IMG/VR virus record: IMGVR_UViG_3300036766_000471
Coordinates: 1-63,778 of that record
Reading direction: 5' to 3' (one strand)
Source of the DNA: a virus
Taxonomy: Duplodnaviria; Caudoviricetes
Length of the DNA stretch: 63,778 bases
Position numbers and translations under genes: made by a program. Each line of letters begins with the position of its first letter. Position 1 is the stretch's first letter. The notes beneath the pieces were generated by a model. The model saw only the letters and a list, made by a program, of their open reading frames with translations, was not told the DNA's origin and searched no databases. This document shows positions 9,103 to 17,472 of this stretch, piece by piece.

Positions 9103-9381
9103 TCAGTTGCAGGGGCCCGCGTAGTAGCCGGGCGCGGTCACGAGGTAGAACTTGGTGCCGTACATCGAGGGCGAGGTGTAGAGCAGCTTCGAGGTGGCCG
9201 GGGTGCCGGTGAAGTAGCCCACCGAGTAGACGACCTCTTCGATGGTCAACCCAGCCTCTTCCAGCTGCGTGCTGGTGACCTCGGCTTTGACCGCCAGCTT
9301 CCAGTGCTCCTTGTTGACGACCAAGTTGAACGCCTTCTGCATCCGGGCCTGCATCACTTCGTAGGATTCGCCGCTCTTCAT
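9103..9381 (-). CDS. hypothetical protein
   Basis: GGAGG RBS before ATG 9381; downstream of P2. Confidence 0.65.
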   Translation of the reverse strand: MKSGESYEVMQARMQKAFNLVVNKEHWKLAVKAEVTSTQLEEAGLTIEEVVYSVGYFTGTPATSKLLYTSPSMYGTKFYLVTAPGYYAGPCN

Positions 9382-9423
9382 TGCGACCTCCGTGGGGGGT
9401 TGATTCCTCTCAGCTACATAAGG

Positions 9424-9451
9424 AGTATACACCCTGTATCCACGGTGTCAA
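9424..9451 (-). promoter_or_regulatory. sigma70 promoter P2 (leftward, divergent)
   Basis: TTGACA-16-TATACT. Confidence 0.75.
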
Positions 9452-9475
9452 TGTGGCCTGTTCTTTTTTTGGTGC

Positions 9476-9503
9476 TTGACACCGTGCACACGTGGTGTAT
9501 ACT
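9476..9503 (+). promoter_or_regulatory. sigma70 promoter P3 (rightward, divergent)
   Basis: TTGACA-16-TATACT. Confidence 0.75.
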
Positions 9504-9542
9504 GCATCTGTGGCTGAAAGAACCAATCCAGAGAGGCCCCCC

Positions 9543-9836
9543 ATGCTTCCCACGCTCCGCGCGTTGGTGGCGCAGGCCAAGGCGCTGGAGGTCGAGATCG
9601 AGATCGAGTGTCCCCGCGCCCACTTCGACAAATGGGGCAACTGGCTGGACTACCTGCTGACCGCCGAAGCTCCGGGCAAGTTGGTGTTCTGCTCCACCGG
9701 GCTGCACAGACTTGTGGTGTCGGGCCACGGGTTCGACCCCAAGGCAAACAAGGCCAGTGCGCTGGCCTGCGCGCTCCGCGACCTGCAAGACGGGCTGGAA
9801 GAGTGCAGCAACGAAGAGTGCGAAGACTGCACGTGA
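9543..9836 (+). CDS. hypothetical protein
   Basis: GAGG RBS downstream of P3; C-terminal CSNEECEDC. Confidence 0.65.
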   Translation: MLPTLRALVAQAKALEVEIEIECPRAHFDKWGNWLDYLLTAEAPGKLVFCSTGLHRLVVSGHGFDPKANKASALACALRDLQDGLEECSNEECEDCT

Positions 9837-9854
9837 AGTGGTAGTGGCGGCGGC

Positions 9855-10031
9855 GTGTACCCCAAGAACACCAGCAACCCTGAGTTTGACCACCAGTGGG
9901 TGACCTACTCAGGCACCACCGAATTTGGGCGCGCCACATGGCAGATCTGCGCCAAGTGCGGGCGCGTGCGCCGAAGTGACGGGAAGGTGGAGCGCTGCGA
10001 GCCCGAGGAAAAAAGACAACCCGCGGGGTAA
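9855..10031 (+). CDS. small Zn-ribbon protein (not in ORF track)
   Basis: GTG start; HQW...CAKCG...C; 58 aa filling the gap to the next gene. Confidence 0.45.
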   Translation: MYPKNTSNPEFDHQWVTYSGTTEFGRATWQICAKCGRVRRSDGKVERCEPEEKRQPAG

Positions 10032-10039
10032 TAGGGGGC

Positions 10040-10507
10040 ATGGCCAAGACCAAGAAGAAGAGCCGCAGCCGCATCGGGAAGCTCTCGCGCACCAAGGGCA
10101 AAGTCTTTGAAAGGCTGGTGGCCTCGGACCTCCGAGCCATCTACGGGGAGAAGGTGAAGCGCGGCTGGCAGGCGCGGGAGGGCACCGATGCTCCAGACGT
10201 GGAGAACGTGCCGTTCTGGGTGGAGTGTAAGCACCACCAGCGGGTCAACGTCCGCGCTGCGGTGAAGCAGGCACGCGCCGACGTGAAGAAGTCCGGGCGG
10301 GAGCTGCCCATCTTGGTGGTGGCGAAGGACAACGGGGAGTCACCGCTGGCAGTGGTGGATTGGCCCCTCTTCGTGAGCATGCTCAAGCAAATCGAAGACG
10401 CGAAGAACTTCCTCGCCTTGAAGGCTGACCAAGCCACCAAGGTCGAGGTGCCGGTGTTCAAGATGGCCCAGCCGCACCCGCTTGACCCGGTGCAGCCCGC
10501 CGAGTAA
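10040..10507 (+). CDS. PD-(D/E)XK Holliday-junction-resolvase-like nuclease
   Basis: KGKVFERLVA...APDV...VECK. Confidence 0.75.
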   Translation: MAKTKKKSRSRIGKLSRTKGKVFERLVASDLRAIYGEKVKRGWQAREGTDAPDVENVPFWVECKHHQRVNVRAAVKQARADVKKSGRELPILVVAKDNGESPLAVVDWPLFVSMLKQIEDAKNFLALKADQATKVEVPVFKMAQPHPLDPVQPAE

Positions 10508-10655
10508 GTGCCGCCCCACCGGAGAGGGAGCGGGCCCGCCCCCTCGAACTGTCAAGGCCGACGAGGCACCCGAGGCAAGTCTTTGCTCTCGATCTCAACG
10601 GTGCTCACAAGGCGAAGCTCACCCATTCAGGTTGGGACAGCAGCAGCGGGCCACT

Positions 10656-10997
10656 TTATTTCTGCACGCCACCGTAGGGCGGAATGACGGGCGCTGCTGC
10701 CAGCTTGCGCAGTCGCTCGCGCACCAGCGCAGGGGAATTGCAGGCGTGGTTGTCCGCCTCCAGCGCCAGAATATCCACCCGCTTCGCAGCCATCGCGGCG
10801 TCGTACTGCGCGATGATTTCCAGCTGCGCCGCCTCAGCTATTTCCACCGCCTTTGAGGCTGCGGTGATGGTGCTCTTCGTGGCCTCGTGGGCAGCACGCT
10901 CAGCGGCAAGAACCCCCAGCACACCCTTCCAGAGTGCCGCGAAGACCCCGGAGAGGCCCCCTCCGAGTACCAACGCGATGAGGAAAGCGGCGGTCAC
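10656..10997 (-). CDS. membrane-anchored coiled-coil protein (possible i-spanin)
   Basis: N-terminal TM helix then Ala-rich helix; last gene of lysis cassette. Confidence 0.45.
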   Translation of the reverse strand: MTAAFLIALVLGGGLSGVFAALWKGVLGVLAAERAAHEATKSTITAASKAVEIAEAAQLEIIAQYDAAMAAKRVDILALEADNHACNSPALVRERLRKLAAAPVIPPYGGVQK

Positions 10998-11179
10998 GGC
11001 TTCGTGATGACTTCCATCGAGTCGAGCTTCGCTTCCTTGGCCGCGATGCTCGCGTCGAGCTGGTCGAGGTACTCCTGCTTCTTCGCATCGTCGAGCTGGC
11101 TTGCCTCGATGGCTTTCCGTACCGCCGAGTAGATCGCCTTCGCCCCGGAGATGAGGCCCTCGATGACCATCGCTTCCAT
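10994..11179 (-). CDS. small hypothetical protein
   Basis: ATG 11179 overlaps upstream TGA; MEAMVIEGLISG. Confidence 0.6.
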   Translation of the reverse strand: MEAMVIEGLISGAKAIYSAVRKAIEASQLDDAKKQEYLDQLDASIAAKEAKLDSMEVITKP

Positions 11180-11568
11180 CACGGTGCTCCCTTCGGCAGC
11201 AGGTTGGCTTCCTTCAACGAGTTGTAGAACTTCGCCAGCTCGAAGCCGATGGTGATGGCGGCGTCCTGCCACTTCTTCTCTTCGACCGCGTTGCCAACCT
11301 TCCGCGCCGCGCGCCAGCTCGAAGCCGCCTCGTGGTACAGCGGGCGCGCCTTCACCGCGAACTCGATCCACTTGTCGTAGGTTTCCTTGGTGACCTTGCC
11401 TTCGGTGTAGCCCTTGTTCATCGCCTCCCACGTGATGATGAACTGGTCACCCACCGTGTCGATGGCCTCACCGCTGACGATGAGCCTGTCGGTGTGCGTA
11501 CAGCCCTGTGCGGCCAGCGCGTAGGGGGCAAGGAGGGCGAAAGCAATCAGGGTGTAGATGGTCTTCAT
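11179..11568 (-). CDS. putative lipoprotein
   Basis: MKTIYTLIAFALLAPYALAAQG-C signal/lipobox; ATG 11568. Confidence 0.65.
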   Translation of the reverse strand: MKTIYTLIAFALLAPYALAAQGCTHTDRLIVSGEAIDTVGDQFIITWEAMNKGYTEGKVTKETYDKWIEFAVKARPLYHEAASSWRAARKVGNAVEEKKWQDAAITIGFELAKFYNSLKEANLLPKGAP

Positions 11569-12221
11569 GGTTTCACCGTGGGGGCAGGGGGAGGGGGAGT
11601 GGCAGCAGCCGCGGCGCCTTTGGCTTGCGTCCACTCGAAGAGGTCTTTGCCCAGCTCCCAGAGTGCGGAGCCGGTCACTGCCACCATCACGACGGGCTTC
11701 ACCAGCGCCCACGTCACTGGGACGCCTGCGAGCAAAGATGTACCCACACCACCCGAGATGGCGGTCAGCAGGTTGAGCACCCAGCCGCCCGGCTTGGTGT
11801 CGAAGATGAACCAAAGAGGCTTGTCCCACAGCTCGTTGTCGGGGAGCTTCTCGTGGAGCTTCTTCCCGTAGGTGCGGAGCAGGCTCACGACCACCACGAG
11901 GAATGCCGAAGCAGCCGCCCACCAGTTGCCCTCTTCGACACTCTTGAAGATGACCTGCACGAAGGGCGCCGGGTTGTCGAGCACTGGGGCGGGGGGTGTG
12001 ACCGGGGCTGCGCTGATGGTCGGCCCCATGCCTGCATCTGGGGAAGCCGCCACAGGGGCTGGGGCAGGCTTGGCGCCCGCGTCGAGGATGACGAAGGGGG
12101 TGATGCCCCCTGTGGCCTTTGTGAGGGCTGCTGGGGGCCCTGCGTCCACGTCTTGGGCAGCACTTGGCAGCGCGAGAAAGGCCGACAGCAGGGCGAGGCG
12201 AAGGGGGGCAGCGAGCTTCAT
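11565..12221 (-). CDS. multi-pass membrane protein (holin-like candidate)
   Basis: Signal peptide, Pro-rich linker, about 3 hydrophobic helices; follows endolysin. Confidence 0.5.
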   Translation of the reverse strand: MKLAAPLRLALLSAFLALPSAAQDVDAGPPAALTKATGGITPFVILDAGAKPAPAPVAASPDAGMGPTISAAPVTPPAPVLDNPAPFVQVIFKSVEEGNWWAAASAFLVVVVSLLRTYGKKLHEKLPDNELWDKPLWFIFDTKPGGWVLNLLTAISGGVGTSLLAGVPVTWALVKPVVMVAVTGSALWELGKDLFEWTQAKGAAAAATPPPPAPTVKP

Positions 12222-12232
12222 GGGTGCGGACC

Positions 12233-12985
12233 CTACCCAGCGCCGTACACACCGTCCAGCACCGCAGGGAGGTAGTTGTCCAGCCAAAGGGGGCCGGGGT
12301 CTTCCTTCCGGGTGGGGTCGAAATGAACGTGCCCGTAGCCGCTCACGTCACGGCTCCACTTGAACTTGAGCGCCAGCGCCTGAAGCAGCCGTTTGGCTGC
12401 CTCCCGCTGCGCCGTGGGGTAGTCATCGAACCACTTGCCCCCGACAGCCACCGCGCGCTCTGCCTCGATTTCGTACCGGGGGTCAGGACCTGCGTCGGGG
12501 GTGTCCGGGTGAAGCCAGAACGGCCAGCAGTAGAACTTGGTGCCCACCCGCTCCAGCCGCCCCGCGTTGACCAGCTCGATGCCGATGGTCACCGTGTTGA
12601 TGTTCGCCACCAGCTTCGCGCTGGGGTCCCACGCCGAAGCGTCCCACGTCCCCTCGGGGGTCTTCTCCGGCTTGGCTCCGATGCGACCGGGGCGCCCCAC
12701 ATGCCAGCTCCCGAGAAGGAAGGGCACCGACTGGATGATGGTGCCGTCCTTCGCGATGAGCGCGTGCCAGCTCGCGGGCCGGTCAGTGCCCCGGTTGAAG
12801 GTACGAATCTCGTCGGCGAGGGCCTTGGCGTAGATGGTGTTGCGGGAGTGCCCGCCCGTCCAGTGCCAGACGATGCCCTGCGGCACCGCGGTGGCCAAAA
12901 CTGCGGTGCGCACTGAGGGCACACGCACGATGGGCGCGAACCCTTCCTCTTGGACTTCCAGCCAGCCGGTCTTGTCCACCTGCAT
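12233..12985 (-). CDS. N-acetylmuramoyl-L-alanine amidase endolysin (Amidase_2)
   Basis: IVWHWT, SWH, WHVG, N..TIGIE, GH, KEDPG. Confidence 0.85.
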   Translation of the reverse strand: MQVDKTGWLEVQEEGFAPIVRVPSVRTAVLATAVPQGIVWHWTGGHSRNTIYAKALADEIRTFNRGTDRPASWHALIAKDGTIIQSVPFLLGSWHVGRPGRIGAKPEKTPEGTWDASAWDPSAKLVANINTVTIGIELVNAGRLERVGTKFYCWPFWLHPDTPDAGPDPRYEIEAERAVAVGGKWFDDYPTAQREAAKRLLQALALKFKWSRDVSGYGHVHFDPTRKEDPGPLWLDNYLPAVLDGVYGAG

Positions 12986-12994
12986 GCGAGGCTC

Positions 12995-13405
12995 CTACGG
13001 AGGCAGCGTGACAGCTGGCTCGATGATGAGGGGAGAGGTTGGAATCAGTGCACTGCGCTTGCCGTCCGCGTCGGTGAGCCACACGTCGTAGGCGAACTGC
13101 CCAGAGGCGAGCTGCTTCGTGTCGTTGGGCACCACTGAGAACGTACCCAACCCATCGAGGCGCGAGACGAGGGTGGCTTCCTTGAAGAAGGCTGCGTCGA
13201 TGTCGTTGAACCGCTTTTTGGCGGTGAGTCGGAGAGACGCGGGCGCGGGCAGCGGAATCGGGGAGCCGTCTGCGCCTATCACGCGAATGCGCAGCAGCAC
13301 ATCCGACCCAAGAGGGAAGCCGATGGTCTTGCGCGGATTCTGTGGCACGCCAGCTGAGGGCACGCTGCCGTCTTCGAGAACACCTACGAGGTCGATGACC
13401 AGCAT
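12995..13405 (-). CDS. BppU-like beta-sandwich virion protein
   Basis: G.D....R...G.PI.L, DT..L..G.F.YDVW pattern. Confidence 0.5.
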   Translation of the reverse strand: MLVIDLVGVLEDGSVPSAGVPQNPRKTIGFPLGSDVLLRIRVIGADGSPIPLPAPASLRLTAKKRFNDIDAAFFKEATLVSRLDGLGTFSVVPNDTKQLASGQFAYDVWLTDADGKRSALIPTSPLIIEPAVTLPP

Positions 13406-13409
13406 GGGG

Positions 13410-13895
13410 CTACTCCCTCTCCAAAAAGTTGAGCAGCATCTCAGGCGAGGTGGTGCTGGGGGTCAATGCCTCGATGCCCGGCATCTTCGACAGCCCTAGC
13501 GCGGTGACCGCAATCTCCGAGCAGAACATCGCGTGGGAGTTCTGGAAGGGGTTGCGCGCCCGCTTCTTGAAGATGCGCGCCAGCAGCACCCAAGCCATGC
13601 CGATCAACCCGCTGAAGTCGTAGGCGGTGCCGAGCCACGTCGCAGCCCACTTGAGGCCGAGGTCGAGATTGATTGGCGGGGTGACAACAGCCACGACGCG
13701 GTTCTTCTTCTTGAACCGCTCGTAGGGCAGGAGGCGGAAGCCCAGCTCGTGCGCCTCCATCACCATGTCCATGTCGAAGTCCTTGTCGAAGTATAAAAAA
13801 GCGACGTGCGAGGCTCGGCTCTTAGTGAGCTTCCGAACGAGCCACGACACCGGGTTGAAGTGGCTTGGTGTCGAAAAAATTAGATGCGTTTGCAT
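13410..13895 (-). CDS. permuted papain-like (NlpC/P60, YiiX/YebB-like) enzyme
   Basis: SHVAF His near N-terminus, G.AYDF, MFCSEI Cys near C-terminus, TSP. Confidence 0.8.
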   Translation of the reverse strand: MQTHLIFSTPSHFNPVSWLVRKLTKSRASHVAFLYFDKDFDMDMVMEAHELGFRLLPYERFKKKNRVVAVVTPPINLDLGLKWAATWLGTAYDFSGLIGMAWVLLARIFKKRARNPFQNSHAMFCSEIAVTALGLSKMPGIEALTPSTTSPEMLLNFLERE

Positions 13896-14418
13896 GCGCA
13901 CGCCTCAAGTAGTGCGCCGCTCGTAGCAGCGTTTGAACATCGTCTTTCAGCAAACCAATGCCGCGGTTGCAGGGTCCGCACAGCAGTCCACGGACTGCTT
14001 TGGAACTGTGGTCGTGATCGACGTGCAGTTTGACAGCGTTGAAGCAGATTGCGCACTTGCTCTCCTGTGATGCCTCTAACGCCCGGAACTGTTGAATGGT
14101 GATACCGAACTCGCGTTGAAGCCTTTGCTCCAGCAGCTTGTCCGCATTCTTGACGCGCCATCTGTCTCGCTGCGCTTTGTACTTGTCCGGGTTGGCCTTG
14201 CGCCACTTCGCCGTCGCCTTCGCGCAGTAGGCGGCGTTTTTCTGATGCCACTTCCGCGCAGCGGCTCGTGTCGAATCCTCGTGCTGGCTTCGGTACTTCT
14301 GCCTGTACTTGCGAAGACAAGCGGTACACCACCCGCGCACGTAAATTTGGCCAGCCTCCCTTCTCAACTGAAACTCTGACGCCGCCTTGGTTTTCTTGCA
14401 CCGCGAACACGTTTTCAT
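13822..14418 (-). CDS. endonuclease VII-type homing endonuclease
   Basis: KTCSRCK..CTAC; CAIC..LHVDHDH..VRGLLC..CNRGIG. Confidence 0.9.
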   Translation of the reverse strand: MKTCSRCKKTKAASEFQLRREAGQIYVRGWCTACLRKYRQKYRSQHEDSTRAAARKWHQKNAAYCAKATAKWRKANPDKYKAQRDRWRVKNADKLLEQRLQREFGITIQQFRALEASQESKCAICFNAVKLHVDHDHSSKAVRGLLCGPCNRGIGLLKDDVQTLLRAAHYLRRAHANASNFFDTKPLQPGVVARSEAH

Positions 14419-14458
14419 TCGCGGGAGTGTACACCAACCACGACACCGGGTTGAAGTG
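13842..14458. repeat. 21-bp direct repeat around the EndoVII gene (13842-13862 and 14438-14458)
   Basis: CCACGACACCGGGTTGAAGTG at both sites. Confidence 0.9.
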
Positions 14459-14484
14459 TGTCGGCGTGGAGAACCCAAGGTGCG

Positions 14485-14796
14485 TCACTTGCGTCTCCCA
14501 CCCCAGCGGTCGAGCGCAAGGTACATGCCGCAAACCCCAACCACGCACGTCAGCGGGTCGGAAATCCAAGCGTTCCACCAGCTCTCGGGGTTGAGCCACG
14601 TCTGCGGCCACAAGCGCTCCGCGAACCGCTCGAAAATCTCCCACGACACTGCGAGCGAGAGGCCCACCAGCAGCGTGAATCCATGCTTCACCTTGAGCGC
14701 CCAGCCGGTCGAACCCCACACCGTCCAGAAGCCGAGGTGTGGCACGGTCCACACGTCCACCAGCGAACGCCCCGTCTCTCCAACGAGCCAGCTCAT
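14485..14796 (-). CDS. small membrane protein
   Basis: D.W..PH, WEIFE, ES..N..SD; about 3 TM helices. Confidence 0.7.
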   Translation of the reverse strand: MSWLVGETGRSLVDVWTVPHLGFWTVWGSTGWALKVKHGFTLLVGLSLAVSWEIFERFAERLWPQTWLNPESWWNAWISDPLTCVVGVCGMYLALDRWGGRRK

Positions 14797-14797
14797 G

Positions 14798-15676
14798 TCA
14801 CGGTGCCTCGCTCAGGCAGTAGAAAGTCGCGGTCGCGTACCACCCGCCGAAGGGCACGTCATGCTGAAGGCGCAGGCGAATCTCCATGCCGTAGTCGGCG
14901 CGGAGCAGCGTGCTCGAAACGTAGTCCCAATCGAGCACGATGATGGGGCGTGGGCTGCCTCGCCAGCCGTTGCCCCCGAGCGCCGGGTACGTCGGGTACG
15001 ACTTCACCGCGTCGTTCTGGAAGTCCGACATCGCCTTGTAGACGACCGGGTTGCCGAGCGGGATTTTGGTGCCGGGCGGCAGTGGGCCGCCATTCGCTTG
15101 CAAGAGCTGCGGGGCGAACACGTCCACGAAGCCGTAGGGCTGAAACACCACCGAGTCCAGCAGCTCCACGTCGTCGGAGAAGTTGCACTCCGCGAACTCG
15201 ATTTTGAGCGCTTTCCCCGCGTCAGGCTTGAGCGTGAAGACGCTGGTGGTGGCGTAGTGGTACGTCACCTTCACCACGTCGTCGGGCTGGAGCGCTGAGA
15301 GGAACCCCACCTTGCCGGTGGGGTAGTTGACAGTGAAGTCGCCGCCGCTCGCAGGGTGCGGGTCTTGCTCCACCTTCGCCACGTCGTTGACCTTCACCGT
15401 GACGCGGTAGCTGTTGCCCCCAGCATCGAGCAGGAAGTCCTCCTGCGACACCTTGCCGTGGTACGTGTCGATGACGTTCCCGTGCGCCAACGAGTAGTCG
15501 GTATGCGCGCCATCGTCACTCGCCACTTCATCCACCACGCGCACAGACGCCTCTGCCCACGTCGTAGGGTCGGTCCAGTCATGCGACACGACCGTCTTCT
15601 TCGCCACGTCGCTCTTTTCCTGCGCGACGCGCTGCCGCCCATCGGAGGTGACGACTTCAAGGTGGCCGACGCTCAC
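14798..15676 (-). CDS. virion structural protein (probable true start GTG 15676)
   Basis: GTGA coupling with stop at 15673-15675; C-terminal part of the 779-aa ORF; FTVNYPTGKV motif. Confidence 0.6.
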   Translation of the reverse strand: MSVGHLEVVTSDGRQRVAQEKSDVAKKTVVSHDWTDPTTWAEASVRVVDEVASDDGAHTDYSLAHGNVIDTYHGKVSQEDFLLDAGGNSYRVTVKVNDVAKVEQDPHPASGGDFTVNYPTGKVGFLSALQPDDVVKVTYHYATTSVFTLKPDAGKALKIEFAECNFSDDVELLDSVVFQPYGFVDVFAPQLLQANGGPLPPGTKIPLGNPVVYKAMSDFQNDAVKSYPTYPALGGNGWRGSPRPIIVLDWDYVSSTLLRADYGMEIRLRLQHDVPFGGWYATATFYCLSEAP

Positions 15677-15892
15677 AGCTTGACTCCTTGGAAGTGCGCC
15701 TCTGCGAAGTCGAGGGTAGAGAGGTTGTCGCGCACCGTGAGCCGCAAGTAGTCGGGGTTGGTGAACGTCCCGGCACGGAAGAGGCGCAACGACTGCGGCA
15801 GGTGCAGACGGGCGCGGAAGAAGTTGGTTGCTCCGGTGACGATGCTGAAGTCCTGACAGACTTCGATGATGTCGCGCGTGCGCTTCGACCAC
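15673..15892 (-). pseudogene. orphan 3' end of a gene lacking its start
   Basis: Coding-like frame WSKRTRDIIEVCQDF...FQGVKL* with coupled stop, out of frame with upstream gene. Confidence 0.5.
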
Positions 15893-17005
15893 ACCACCGC
15901 CGCCGCCCGTCGAGCCGTAGAGGGTGATGGCTGCCGCATTCGCGCCAAGCGAGCCAACGGTGACGACCTCCATCTTTTCGATGAACTGAATGTTCGTGGC
16001 GACGGTGTTGACCGCGCTGGTGCCGTTGAGCGTGACCGTTTCGGTGAGCGGCCCAGCCCCGGCGCCGTCGTAGTAGGTGATTTTGACGGTGCGCCCTCCG
16101 GTGCCTGCCGCTGCATCGTTGGCGCTCGCGGAGGCAAGAGAGCGCTGCGCAGCCGAGGTGGGCTCCGTGTACGTGGTTGCACGCATCACTTGAAGCGTGT
16201 TGGCAGTGCTGCCGCCCAGCACCACACCACCGCTCGAAATTCCGGTGCGCCCAAGCGCTTGGGTGAACGTCACCGGGATTGGGGCTTGGTCCGACGCCAC
16301 CGCCACCGGCACCGAGTTGACCATCGCCTTCTGGCCCACGGTAGGCGCGGTGCTGCCGAGCCACGCTCCCACGTTCTCGTCAAGGCGCCCGCCAACAAGA
16401 GCCGCAGGAAGCTGCGCCTTCTCGGCGCGAGTGCTGAGCGCCACGTCGATGTTGTCCGTCTTCGCCTTGACCAGCGCGAGCGTGGCCTCGGTCGCCGCCC
16501 CGGTGGGCAGAGGCAACGAAGCCGCTGACACCGGCACCGCGGTCGCCCGTAGCTGCGCATCCGTCAACGGTCCCGTGACAGGGACAGCGCTCGCCCGGAG
16601 CTGGGTGTCGGTGAGCGGCCCGGAAACAGGCACCGTGCCCGAGATACCAACGGTGCCGTCCACCGTGAGGCTGCCGCCGTTGTCGGTGACGGGCCACGGG
16701 CCGGTCCCGGCGTTCGCGGTGACGGCGCCATCGACGGTGAGGCTTCCGCCGCCGTCTGCCACCGGAACAGCGGTGGCGCGGAGCTGCGCGTCTGTGAGCG
16801 GCCCCGACACCGGCTGGGTGGTGGTGCCGGTGGGGTCCACCTTCACCGTGCCGTCTGTGTGCGTGCGCAGGAAGCGAGCGGTGCCGCCGGTATCCTGCCC
16901 GGCGAGAATGAGCCCCTGCGTCCCAACAGGCACAGCGACGCCGTTCGCCACCGCCATGGCGACGCCAGCCGGGTCGTACAGGATGACGGCGGGGCTCAAG
17001 CTCAC
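15890..17005 (-). CDS. repeat-containing virion/fibre protein, apparently truncated
   Basis: GTG 17005 coupled to upstream TGA; PVSGPLTDAQLRATAVPV repeats; loses coding character after GGGGGVV. Confidence 0.6.
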
Positions 17006-17472
17006 GCGATGGCCCTCGTGCGCCCCGTCTCGAACACCCCGCTGTAGCTGATGGTGTCGGTGACGGTGGCGAGCACCGTGGTGCCGTCCGTGTCGTAGAC
17101 CTTCCACTGCACCGTGGTCGGCTTCGGCCCGGTCCAAGTGATGTTCTGCTCCACCAGCTTGGTGCTGTCGGCGCGACGCCAGAGCACCTGCGTCGGGAAC
17201 ACCGTGCCGGTGATCGCCTTCGTTGCCCCGGTGGTGAAGCCCTCGGCAGGCCCCTCGTCGATGAAGTGGATGAGCTGGAGCAGCGTTCGGTGCTCTGCCG
17301 CGGTCAACCCCGAGCCCGAGCGCAAATTGAAGACGCCCGAGCCGTCCTTTGCCTTGAAGTCGGTGCCGTTGCGAAGAATCTCCCCTACGACGGTAGGGTC
17401 CACCCCTACGTCTTCAAGGATGATGCCCTCGTCGTCGGAGATGCCGGGCTTTCGGTCAGGCGTTAGTGGCAC
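17002..17472 (-). CDS. virion-associated hypothetical protein
   Basis: Thr/Gly-rich beta protein; start GTG 17472. Confidence 0.65.
   Translation of the reverse strand: MPLTPDRKPGISDDEGIILEDVGVDPTVVGEILRNGTDFKAKDGSGVFNLRSGSGLTAAEHRTLLQLIHFIDEGPAEGFTTGATKAITGTVFPTQVLWRRADSTKLVEQNITWTGPKPTTVQWKVYDTDGTTVLATVTDTISYSGVFETGRTRAIA

Noticed and set aside
11179-12252. 357-aa ORF as listed in the track
   Set aside because: Its N-terminal two-thirds overlap the membrane gene off-frame; the real start is ATG 11568 with a signal peptide.
13822-14488. Group I intron or intein around the EndoVII gene
   Set aside because: No room for an intron core, and the host N-terminus is duplicated rather than split.
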